Virus record (IMG/VR): IMGVR_UViG_3300037470_000256
Location: 1 to 47,897 of that record
Length of the DNA: 47,897 nt
Direction: 5' to 3' (one strand)
Origin: a virus
Taxonomy: Duplodnaviria; Caudoviricetes
Below are positions 15,204-22,928 of the stretch, one piece after another. The notes under the pieces are model-generated. The model did no database searches, had not been told where the DNA came from, and saw nothing but the letters and a program-made list of their open reading frames with translations. Both the position numbers and the translations under genes were made by a program. Each line of letters opens with the position of its first letter. Within the stretch, counting starts at the first letter, position 1.

Positions 15204-15344
15204 GTGATCTCACTACGAGTGGAAATGTCGGTTCGACTCCGACTAGGCGCACAGCCGCCTATCGTCTAACTGTTGCCGGGCTGTCGGCGGCTTTGGGTCG
15301 CACCCAAGGTCAGGACGCCACTAAGGTGAACCCCCTATGAGTGA
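15191..15344 (+). repeat. 17-bp exact direct repeat GAACCCCCTATGAGTGA (15191-15207 and 15328-15344)
   Basis: Two identical copies 137 bp apart, each containing an ATGA stop/start overlap. Confidence 0.95.
15210..15329 (+). ncRNA. Circularly permuted tRNA-like RNA (YrlA/Y-RNA-like topology)
   Basis: Order is T arm, loop-closed acceptor stem, then D arm, with the anticodon-equivalent stem AGTGG/CCACT closing the ends. Confidence 0.65.
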
Positions 15345-15846
15345 ACCCGTGGAGTACCCGGCACTGGAGCGGATTATCCGCCGCGCAATGGTTCCACACA
15401 TCAGCTATTCGGATGGCATTCGCGCAGCCGCGCAGGGTGTGGTGGAGGCGCTGCTACCCAGGGGTCCCTTCTTCTACGACGACAATGAGGGCCAATACTG
15501 TATTAGCGCCGTAGCCCTTCACGCCCTGCGTTCTCGTGCCTGTTCGCTCCTCGTCTCCTCACCAGAGACACAGACCAGCCCGCCTTGTTCCCGGTGGCCG
15601 CATGAGAGGAAGTCGTACAGCTACAACTGCGGCTACTGCAACACACACGTCCCGCATGGGGAGCGTCGAGTGCTGGGAGAGAGACGGGGGACGAACATTC
15701 CCAATCGGCGGAGCGGGTATGATCGTCGCGACCATCTATTGAGGCGGCGGCGCGATGACGGATCGCAGAATCAGACGCGCCGTACCAACGGCGAACGCCG
15801 CAACTCGTTATGCCGTCGTGTCTCCCCCTCCCCGGAGAAGGTATAG
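15337..15846 (+). CDS. Hypothetical protein with CxxC and Arg-rich ERR/DRR repeats
   Basis: CGYC followed by ERRVLGERR...NRRSGYDRR...GERR. Confidence 0.6.
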   Translation: MSEPVEYPALERIIRRAMVPHISYSDGIRAAAQGVVEALLPRGPFFYDDNEGQYCISAVALHALRSRACSLLVSSPETQTSPPCSRWPHERKSYSYNCGYCNTHVPHGERRVLGERRGTNIPNRRSGYDRRDHLLRRRRDDGSQNQTRRTNGERRNSLCRRVSPSPEKV

Positions 15847-15851
15847 GACCG

Positions 15852-16193
15852 ATGACCCGAGAGGCTTCGAGGGAACTGGACGCGGAAATCGCGGAGAAGG
15901 TGATGGGCGCGGACATGCCTCGTTTCTTTCCGGGGGCATATCCTCTCCAGCGGCGGGTTGATGCGCCTTACTCCACCGAAATCGAATCTGCCTGGTTAGT
16001 GGTCGAGTCGATGCGCGCCAAGGGGTGGAGTCTCAGCCTTGACGATCTGGGGTACGACGGCGAGGAATGGCGCGTCCGCTTTGAACACAGTGAGCGGCGA
16101 GAACACGACATCAAGGAATCGTGGGTATACGCTGACGCTGTTACCGCCCCACTCGCTATTTGCTTGGCTAGCCTCAAAGCACTGGAAGGGTAA
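15852..16193 (+). CDS. Phage ABA-sandwich-domain protein (BC1872-like)
   Basis: RELDAEIAEKVMG...YSTEIESAWLVVE...TAPLAICLASLKA. Confidence 0.75.
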   Translation: MTREASRELDAEIAEKVMGADMPRFFPGAYPLQRRVDAPYSTEIESAWLVVESMRAKGWSLSLDDLGYDGEEWRVRFEHSERREHDIKESWVYADAVTAPLAICLASLKALEG

Positions 16194-16199
16194 GGACCG

Positions 16200-16388
16200 A
16201 TGACCCTGGAGCAGCCCCGGATGGAGCCACACCCGCCCGTTCTCTCCCCCAAGGAGGCGGCGAAGCTCTGCCGGTGTTCGGTGGCGACCCTGTACCGAGC
16301 CGGGGTGCCGTATGTCGAGCTCACCCCGCACAAGCGGGTGTTCCTACTGGAGAACGTCTTAGCCTGGCTCAAGCAGAGGGCGGCATGA
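16200..16388 (+). CDS. xis: Excisionase-like HTH protein
   Basis: VLSPKEAAKLCRCSVATLYR..VP......RVF....VLAWL; ATGA-coupled to the integrase. Confidence 0.75.
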   Translation: MTLEQPRMEPHPPVLSPKEAAKLCRCSVATLYRAGVPYVELTPHKRVFLLENVLAWLKQRAA

Positions 16389-17464
16389 CGCCACACCGGA
16401 ACAAGAAACGGATTGACGGCAAACTCGTGCCGGTGGGGACACTGGTGTTTGACCGGGTGTTCCGAGGGATTGGACGTATTGCCTTGGCCAGTGGGCAGCC
16501 CGATACGGTGGACGGCCGGCGACGGTTCAAGCAGATGAATCAGATGTTGACCGACCTCTACCAGAACGGCGACGGGGAGATCCTAGCTCGGTTCAAGGCG
16601 GGGGAGATTGCCCCCCTCCAACTCTTTGCCGCATGGAAGGGCAAGCGATTAGACAAACTGCCCACGGTGGAGATGATGCAGCCGCTGGCCGCCACCTTCA
16701 CGGCTTGGGCGAAGGCGGCTCCTACGGGGCCGCATAACAAGGCCCAGCGCCTCACAGCGGGGCGAACGCTGGAGCGGCTGGCGTCGGGGGCCATGGTCGG
16801 CGAGATCGCCCGTGTGGTGGGCACGTACCAGCGGCAGTGTATGACCAAGGGTACCCCATCAGCCTTTAACCACTTTAAGGTGCATTGCCAGCGGTTTATC
16901 GGCCTGACGCTCGGGGAGCATCATCCGATCTATACCCAGCTTACCCGGATCGAATCGCTCAAGGTGACGGTCAAACGGAAGCGGGGTCTGACCCTACTGG
17001 AAGCAACGGCCGTCTGGACGTTCCTGAAAGAGCCCTACCGTCGGGCCTTCCGGGAGTTGTGCTACACCGGCATGCGGCCGAACGAGTATTTCGCCCAGCG
17101 GTGGCAGGTGTTGAATGACCGGATTGAAGTCTACGGCACCAAAACACAGGGAGCCGACCGGGCTATTCCCCTGGTGCAGCCGATTATCGGGGCCGGGATC
17201 ACCCGCCAGCGGCTCCGCTATGCGCTAGAGAAGTACCCGGAGATGACGGTGGAGCCTTATACAGCCCGGCGCACTTTCATGCACTGGATGGAAGAAGCGG
17301 GGATTCCCCGCGCGCGGCGGAAGATGTACATGGGGCACGGGGTGAAGGACGTGAGCGACCTGTATGAGCGGAGCCACCATACCGCCTACCTGAAAGAAGA
17401 TGCGGCGAAACTGCGGGTATTCTTAGGGGTCGCTGGCGTTCAACTGATGAGTGCCAGGCGGTAA
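16385..17464 (+). CDS. int: Tyrosine integrase
   Basis: YTGMRPNE (R), GTKT (K), YTARRTF (HxxR position), MGHG (H), LYER (Y); ATG 16385 with GAGG RBS. Confidence 0.88.
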   Translation: MTPHRNKKRIDGKLVPVGTLVFDRVFRGIGRIALASGQPDTVDGRRRFKQMNQMLTDLYQNGDGEILARFKAGEIAPLQLFAAWKGKRLDKLPTVEMMQPLAATFTAWAKAAPTGPHNKAQRLTAGRTLERLASGAMVGEIARVVGTYQRQCMTKGTPSAFNHFKVHCQRFIGLTLGEHHPIYTQLTRIESLKVTVKRKRGLTLLEATAVWTFLKEPYRRAFRELCYTGMRPNEYFAQRWQVLNDRIEVYGTKTQGADRAIPLVQPIIGAGITRQRLRYALEKYPEMTVEPYTARRTFMHWMEEAGIPRARRKMYMGHGVKDVSDLYERSHHTAYLKEDAAKLRVFLGVAGVQLMSARR

Positions 17465-17465
17465 T

Positions 17466-17695
17466 CCCCATGGCCTATCCCATTTCCAAAGTGACCATCT
17501 GCCGCCAAAGTGCGATCAGGGAGGGGCTTACGCCGTGGAACAACGATGAGTGTAGATCAACGTTGGGGCCGGTAGAAACCCGAGAGAACAGAGACGCCAG
17601 AGGGAATTCACGCAACGGTGGCGACAGTAGCCGCCGACTCTCTGCCGGGAAACCCCATGGCCTGACCCATGGTCGGAAATGTGCCACGTGGAACA
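17466..17695. other. Putative attP region
   Basis: Non-coding gap after int, bracketed by arm-type-like repeats CCCCATGGCCT(AT/GA)CCCAT at 17466-83 and 17653-70. Confidence 0.6.
17680..17695. promoter_or_regulatory. parS-like site
   Basis: TGTGCCACGTGGAACA, one mismatch from the palindrome TGTTCCACGTGGAACA. Confidence 0.45.
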
Positions 17696-17776
17696 CCCGT
17701 GAAATACCTGGCCTCGTGCTCCCTCCCAAGAACCAACCAAAAGCAGGCTAACCAGTAGCGACGAGGCGGTGAGCGC

Positions 17777-18457
17777 ATGAATGGAAAAGTGAAAGGTACG
17801 GCGAAGAACGAGCGTTGCGTCAGTTGCAGACGTGAGATCGTGGGCACGTCGCACTACGGCTGGATGATTGGTGATCAGGAGCGCCCATGGTGTACGGACT
17901 GCTGGGAGGGGAGGCCGCAACGGTACATGACCGTTCGAGGTAAGAAGTCTGTACTTGCCGAATGGGAGCGGTACAAGGCGGAGAGTCCCCGGCCAGAAGG
18001 AGACTTCGGCGGGCACGGGTATCCCGATCCGGAGGTGGAGCCCCTCTGCGCCAAACTCAACGCAATGCCATACCTCTGCACGTTGCAGTCTTGTGCGGGG
18101 CATCGCCTCCCTGCCGCCGACGGCTCCGGCGAACACGTCATGAACGGGCAACTCTGGATTTGGCCCACCCAGGTCGCCGCGCTGCGCTTCTACAAAAGGG
18201 CGACCAAACTCGCGCAAGAGTTTCCCCTCATACAGCGGGTGCAAGTCCTCTGGCAGCCGGATAGCCAAGAGGTAATTGATGTCTGCTGGCAGGTCGGCCG
18301 GTTGGCGGCGGCGGAAAGTGTCATCGTTCCCTTCTTCGAGTCGCTACAGTGGGGCGGCCAATGTTACGGCTGTGATGCCCCCGAGGGCGTCAGGTGCCAT
18401 CCAGACTGCCTCTCACTGGACTATCGAACCAACGATCCGTCACATGGGGTGGCCTAG
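17777..18457 (+). CDS. TYW3-like-fold protein with Zn-finger-like ends
   Basis: DPEVEPLCAKLNAMPYLCTLQSCAGH resembles the TYW3 D..I..L...LN...T.SSC.G(H/R) motif; CxxC at both termini. Confidence 0.55.
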   Translation: MNGKVKGTAKNERCVSCRREIVGTSHYGWMIGDQERPWCTDCWEGRPQRYMTVRGKKSVLAEWERYKAESPRPEGDFGGHGYPDPEVEPLCAKLNAMPYLCTLQSCAGHRLPAADGSGEHVMNGQLWIWPTQVAALRFYKRATKLAQEFPLIQRVQVLWQPDSQEVIDVCWQVGRLAAAESVIVPFFESLQWGGQCYGCDAPEGVRCHPDCLSLDYRTNDPSHGVA

Positions 18458-18513
18458 GGATGTCCTCCCAACCTCAACCCCGAGGGTCTGCTCTCTTGGA
18501 GAACCCCCAATAA

Positions 18514-18939
18514 ATGACCAAACAAAAGAAGCAGCCCAAGAAGCGGAGCCCGTTCGTTCGCGTCGGTCGCCGGAAGTACGAGGCGATGCAGGCGAAGGTG
18601 GCGGCGTTTCCGAAAGAGTTGGCCGATGCTGTGCGCGAAGCTGAACGCTTGGGGCGCGTCGCTAAGGGAAAGGTTGAGGACTACTGCCTCAAGGAAATCG
18701 GGCAATGCGACAGTTACAACCCAGCCGACCATCGGCGGTGCAGCCAATTCAAGGGGCATCTTCAATTCGGCTACCCGCACCAATGCTCTATCAGTTACCC
18801 AAACCCCAACGACAGCAGTTCGTGGATACTACAAAGCATTTCATGGGGTTTCGAGCCCGTGAAACCCCGCACCTACGGATGGGGCGACTTTGACTCTCGG
18901 GTTGCTTCTGTTGCTGGCTCGGAGGAACACAAGAAATGA
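18514..18939 (+). CDS. Hypothetical protein
   Basis: 141 aa; GGAG RBS; coupled to the next gene. Confidence 0.55.
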   Translation: MTKQKKQPKKRSPFVRVGRRKYEAMQAKVAAFPKELADAVREAERLGRVAKGKVEDYCLKEIGQCDSYNPADHRRCSQFKGHLQFGYPHQCSISYPNPNDSSSWILQSISWGFEPVKPRTYGWGDFDSRVASVAGSEEHKK

Positions 18940-19235
18940 GCGTGGCCTTAACACGAAAGAACCGTCCTGACGGAAGGTGGGCAACCTCCTCGGGCAGGTT
19001 CACAATCGAGAAGCTTCGGGGTGGCGGGTATCTGGTCTACGACAACCAGAAACTCATGCGGCCGGCGGCATTCGTTCGGCTCTGGATGGCGCGCACCGCC
19101 ATTGATGACCGGATCACACGAGAGCGCGAAGAGTGGCTAGAGGCACGGGAACTCCTCGTTGCGGATCGCCGCTCTCCGATAGAGCGGATGGTTGACGAAG
19201 CGTGCGGCGTGGCTGGCTCGGAGGAGAAGAAATGA
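18936..19235 (+). CDS. Hypothetical protein
   Basis: 99 aa; bounded by repeated RBS/stop-start sequences. Confidence 0.6.
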   Translation: MSVALTRKNRPDGRWATSSGRFTIEKLRGGGYLVYDNQKLMRPAAFVRLWMARTAIDDRITREREEWLEARELLVADRRSPIERMVDEACGVAGSEEKK

Positions 19236-19615
19236 TCCGGCAGAAGTTTTCGCCGTGCTCGGAATGCGGCGATGAGCGAGGCCGGAAGTACCGAGGTGTG
19301 AAGGGGCCGAAGTGTCTCCGGCACGCCCCGAGCAAGGTAAAGAAGGCGACCCATGACGACCCAGCGGTAGCGCAGCAAGCGAGGGCAATGGGCTGCGCGG
19401 TAGCGGGCATGGTAGGGCGGAAAGACGGCAAGTCGTGGCTGCATATCTGCGATGGGCCGATTGACGCCCACCACATCACCAGCCGGGGCGCGGGCGGGAA
19501 AGACGCGGGGAACCTGGTGGGCTTATGCCGGAGGGCGCACGATCAGCTCCACCAGTGGGGCGCAAAGTCGTTCCCGCTGGCCTATAACATTGACCTATGG
19601 GAGAAGGCGGTATGA
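19232..19615 (+). CDS. HNH-like nuclease-domain protein
   Basis: CDGPIDAHHITSRGAGGKDAGNLVGLCRRAHDQLH. Confidence 0.75.
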   Translation: MIRQKFSPCSECGDERGRKYRGVKGPKCLRHAPSKVKKATHDDPAVAQQARAMGCAVAGMVGRKDGKSWLHICDGPIDAHHITSRGAGGKDAGNLVGLCRRAHDQLHQWGAKSFPLAYNIDLWEKAV

Positions 19616-19824
19616 AAGATCAATCGCGAAACCTCAATCCACACAAGGCGGCAGTGGTCGCCACGTGGCTATGGGGGAAGGCGTATTCCAACCAGAGGGG
19701 TGGGTCGATGGACTATTGGTACAGCCTCAGCGAGGGAGACAGGGAGGTTTGTCGCGACCTCGTGAAACGCATCGCGGAAGCGCCAGAGGAACGAGGTGCC
19801 CATGTCAAGGTGGCCGCACCATGA
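19612..19824 (+). CDS. Hypothetical protein
   Basis: 70 aa; ATGA overlaps at both ends. Confidence 0.6.
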   Translation: MKDQSRNLNPHKAAVVATWLWGKAYSNQRGGSMDYWYSLSEGDREVCRDLVKRIAEAPEERGAHVKVAAP

Positions 19825-20183
19825 ACGAACCGGAACTATCGCCGTGCCCGTTTTGCGGCGGAGAGGCGCTGCGTTTCGAGGAAGGTGAGGACGGCGCTGA
19901 GCCCTGCGTTTGTTGTCAGGAATGCGGAGCAAGCCGCAACACCCCTGCGGAGTGGAACCATCGTGTCTCCGTGAGGGAGCCAGCCACAGAACCAGCGTTT
20001 TCCGAGGCGAAGGTCAAGCTTCTCGTTTGGCAATATCTCGGGTGCGAGAACCACAACGACAGACCCGATAGCGAGGCGTGTGGTAGCACCATGCTGGCGC
20101 GGGGTTTCATCAAACTCGTAGAGGCAGAGGCAGCGCGTATGCGGGCCGCTGCTGTTTCCTCCGAAGGGGAGACACCCACATGA
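19821..20183 (+). CDS. Lar-family restriction-alleviation protein
   Basis: ELSPCPFCGGEA...VCCQECGA...AEWNHR. Confidence 0.75.
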   Translation: MNEPELSPCPFCGGEALRFEEGEDGAEPCVCCQECGASRNTPAEWNHRVSVREPATEPAFSEAKVKLLVWQYLGCENHNDRPDSEACGSTMLARGFIKLVEAEAARMRAAAVSSEGETPT

Positions 20184-20710
20184 ACGAACGACCCGAGAAC
20201 TTCGACGGATGCCCTGAGTGCGGATTCTTTCACATGGCGGGCGTGGCGTGTCCAGTCGAGCCGCAGCCCACAGGGGGAGAGCGGGAGCTACCGACTTTTG
20301 CGGAGCCCGTGGACGACATGAAGCGCCGCCTTCGCGCCATCTGGGATGCTGCGTTTGCGAAACTGGAGACCCGTCACGGTGGCGCTGATGACGCATGGGG
20401 AGTTGTCGCGCACAATGTTCTGGTGTGGATGCAAGGCTCTCATGCGATTGGGGCGGCGTCGGAGTGTCAGTTTTGTAAACTATCACCCGAAATGCAAAAA
20501 CTTCTCTTGGATTTCTACGACCGCCACGCCGTCACCCCGGAGGAGGTGCGCTACTTGATGGCGTACCGCCGCCTTGGGCCAGAGGAGCAGCAGCAGGTGA
20601 GAGAGCGAGCCGATCTCTTATTGGCGGTTGAGGCAGAAAGGGCAAGAAGGCGGCGGGCGTCGTCTCCCCCTCCCTCAGAGCAGCTACCCACGGAGGGACA
20701 ACACCTATGA
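20180..20710 (+). CDS. Hypothetical protein
   Basis: 176 aa; CPECG and CQFC; coupled at both ends. Confidence 0.55.
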   Translation: MNERPENFDGCPECGFFHMAGVACPVEPQPTGGERELPTFAEPVDDMKRRLRAIWDAAFAKLETRHGGADDAWGVVAHNVLVWMQGSHAIGAASECQFCKLSPEMQKLLLDFYDRHAVTPEEVRYLMAYRRLGPEEQQQVRERADLLLAVEAERARRRRASSPPPSEQLPTEGQHL

Positions 20711-21276
20711 GTCTAACGTGCAGGAGACATCGGGGTGTGCTCTACGTAGACAACAAGCGCGGCGAGCCGGTTTGCCCTGAATGCCTCAAGGACGGGTCTG
20801 ATCTGGTTGCCCGAGCAGTAGAGAAAGCGGAACGGGAAATCGCCATGTCCCGAGAGTCGCTTAAGCCTTGTCCGTTCTGCGGTGGCGAGGCGCAACTACG
20901 TGAAGCCGAGGACGGTGCTAACGACGGCGGACTCTACGCGGCATGTGTGGAGTGTGAGGCATCCACGAGGCTCTGGTTCGCCATTAAGGAAGAGGTAGAG
21001 GGGCAAGTTGTTGAGGCGTGGAACCAGCGGGCGGCTTCTCCCCGGGGACGACCCACCCAAGAACAGCAGGCCGAGCAAGTGTCGCATCGGCCACAACCAC
21101 ATACCGTCTATATCGGTTGGAATGAACGGCTAGCAAAGATTGCATGCGGCTGCTATGTGGAGCGGGAGGACCAAGGCACGCGACAGGTTCTCAAATTCTA
21201 CCATTGCGAAAACCAATTACTAACCCAGTTGGACCAGTTAGCCCCACCACTCCACAGCGACAAGGAGGGCGAATGA
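20707..21276 (+). CDS. Protein with an internal Lar-family domain
   Basis: LKPCPFCGGEA...ACVECEAS...VEAWNQRA. Confidence 0.7.
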   Translation: MSLTCRRHRGVLYVDNKRGEPVCPECLKDGSDLVARAVEKAEREIAMSRESLKPCPFCGGEAQLREAEDGANDGGLYAACVECEASTRLWFAIKEEVEGQVVEAWNQRAASPRGRPTQEQQAEQVSHRPQPHTVYIGWNERLAKIACGCYVEREDQGTRQVLKFYHCENQLLTQLDQLAPPLHSDKEGE

Positions 21277-21716
21277 GCAAGACGAAGCCGTGGTACGTAA
21301 GGCGAGCCCACGGCGGCTCTTATTGGGTGACCTATCGCGGCCCGGCAATCATGCGCGTGGTGAGCGACCCGCTCTCCTATCTCACGAAGGAGAGAGCCGG
21401 GGCCGTCCGCGATGCACTGAACGATACCGAGGAGTACGAAGTCGCTGCCCATTTGGCGATAACAATGGAAGCATGGAAGCAGCGCGTTCCTTCGCCACTC
21501 CACGGCGAGAGCAAGGAGGGGGACGACGTGAGAAAATTAGCCTATCGAGGGGATTGTCAGGGCTGCGGCAAGGTCGCCATCCCCGTTTGGCGAGATTGTC
21601 CCAAAGTCCTGGACTTCGGGATTCCCGGTGTCGCCCCCATTGAACCTCGGATGGTTGGTCCGAGTCTTTGTGATGAATGTGAACTAGCAGCTCGGGAGGC
21701 ATCCAGCGGTGAGTGA
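21273..21716 (+). CDS. Hypothetical protein (probable in-frame fusion of two cassettes)
   Basis: Internal AAGGAGG + GTG at about 21528 repeats the boundary motif of the upstream gene. Confidence 0.55.
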   Translation: MSKTKPWYVRRAHGGSYWVTYRGPAIMRVVSDPLSYLTKERAGAVRDALNDTEEYEVAAHLAITMEAWKQRVPSPLHGESKEGDDVRKLAYRGDCQGCGKVAIPVWRDCPKVLDFGIPGVAPIEPRMVGPSLCDECELAAREASSGE

Positions 21717-22191
21717 CGTGCTCAAGGGTTTTAAGCCACTCAAGGCTGGTCGGATTCATCTGCACTGCCCGAGTTGTGGGCGGAAGGCGAGCAATATGCC
21801 CCGCGAAGCCACGGACCCGCCCAACACCTTCCCGCCAATTCTCTGGGGTGGGCCACGTCCACTTGGTAAACCGCCGGTGAGTGATACCCAACAACCCGAC
21901 GAGTTTTTCGGCGCAACGCCGATGGAGGTTATTGAGTCACAAGCAGAGGATATTATCGCCCTCCGGCGTGAGTTACAGCAGGTACGGGAGGAGCGAGACG
22001 CCGCCAAGCGAACGGCTTTCGTGGAAGCGGCCCGGCTGGTGTGTGCGAACTGCGCCAAGCTTCGGGACGTACCCATGCGAACCAACGCCGGAACATGGCA
22101 GCATCGCGTAGGCTTTCCCGGCAAGAAGCGTCTTTGCCAAGCCTACAGTATTTGGTCTGCGTTGTCTCAGAGACTGGATGGCACCCGATGA
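21709..22191 (+). CDS. Hypothetical protein
   Basis: CPSC, a coiled-coil segment and CANC. Confidence 0.5.
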   Translation: MSDVLKGFKPLKAGRIHLHCPSCGRKASNMPREATDPPNTFPPILWGGPRPLGKPPVSDTQQPDEFFGATPMEVIESQAEDIIALRRELQQVREERDAAKRTAFVEAARLVCANCAKLRDVPMRTNAGTWQHRVGFPGKKRLCQAYSIWSALSQRLDGTR

Positions 22192-22364
22192 ACGTAAGAA
22201 CTCAAACTTGTGTGAGTGATCCGTGGTGGTGGTTCTGGACGCTCGGCAATCTGGCGCTCGGCGTCGGCTACGATTTCGCCATCAGTTGGGCAATGACCGG
22301 ATTCCTGGGTGGTATCGCCTTCTGGGACTACCGTGGGGTTGAGGAGCGGGAGAGCACCCAATGA
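22188..22364 (+). CDS. Small membrane protein
   Basis: 58 aa, Trp-rich hydrophobic; ATGA overlaps. Confidence 0.5.
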   Translation: MNVRTQTCVSDPWWWFWTLGNLALGVGYDFAISWAMTGFLGGIAFWDYRGVEERESTQ

Positions 22365-22690
22365 GCCCCGACCAATGGCTGTTGCCGAAGCCTGAACCGT
22401 TAGCGTGTTATCAGTGTGGGCTTCGCTACGGCGGTCTCGGTTGGATCGACGCGTGCGTACACCGCGATCTGTGGTTTCGCATCAGTCCAACAGGTGACGA
22501 GGGCGGGATTCTGTGTATTACCTGCATGGCGAAGCGGTGCGAGGTGCTGGAGCTTGAAGATGTGCCGCTCTATCTCGGAAGCGGCCCTTTTCATCCTGTC
22601 TACGCCTGCACGAACTGTGGTGTAATGGAGGGGCTAAAACACCAAGACTGGTGTGATGCCCCAGCGTTGTCTCAGGGAGAGGAGCGATGA
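22361..22690 (+). CDS. Cys-rich hypothetical phage protein
   Basis: CYQCG...LWFRISP..GGILCITC. Confidence 0.65.
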   Translation: MSPDQWLLPKPEPLACYQCGLRYGGLGWIDACVHRDLWFRISPTGDEGGILCITCMAKRCEVLELEDVPLYLGSGPFHPVYACTNCGVMEGLKHQDWCDAPALSQGEER

Positions 22691-22742
22691 GCGACCCGAA
22701 AAAGGGGGCTGGTTTTAGCAACCCATTGTTGTACCCTGGAGC

Positions 22743-22928
22743 ATGACTGAGATGGATGTACGCGAGACACTGGCGGCGATGTGCCAACTGCACGGATTGG
22801 GCACAATCGCATATGCCTACGATTTCCACCCGGGCTATCTGGCTATGGTGCGGGATGGTGAAGTGAAAGCCGGCCCGAGGCTGCGCCGTTTACTGGAAAC
22901 ACCGCTGGATGATGGGGAGGTGGCGTAA
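22743..22928 (+). CDS. Small HTH-like protein
   Basis: GLGTIAYAYDFHPGYLAMVRDGEVKAGPRL; directly before the initiator. Confidence 0.5.
   Translation: MTEMDVRETLAAMCQLHGLGTIAYAYDFHPGYLAMVRDGEVKAGPRLRRLLETPLDDGEVA

Noticed and set aside
15218-15322. Canonical tRNA gene (for example Arg-ACG from CTACGAG)
   Set aside because: The halves are in reverse order, the acceptor stem is loop-closed, and no intact 7-nt anticodon loop or CCA end can be formed in the linear sequence.
15191-21531. CRISPR array or integron attC sites
   Set aside because: Each repeat occurs only twice, sequences differ between cassettes, spacing is gene-sized, and no cas genes or attC-type palindromes were seen.
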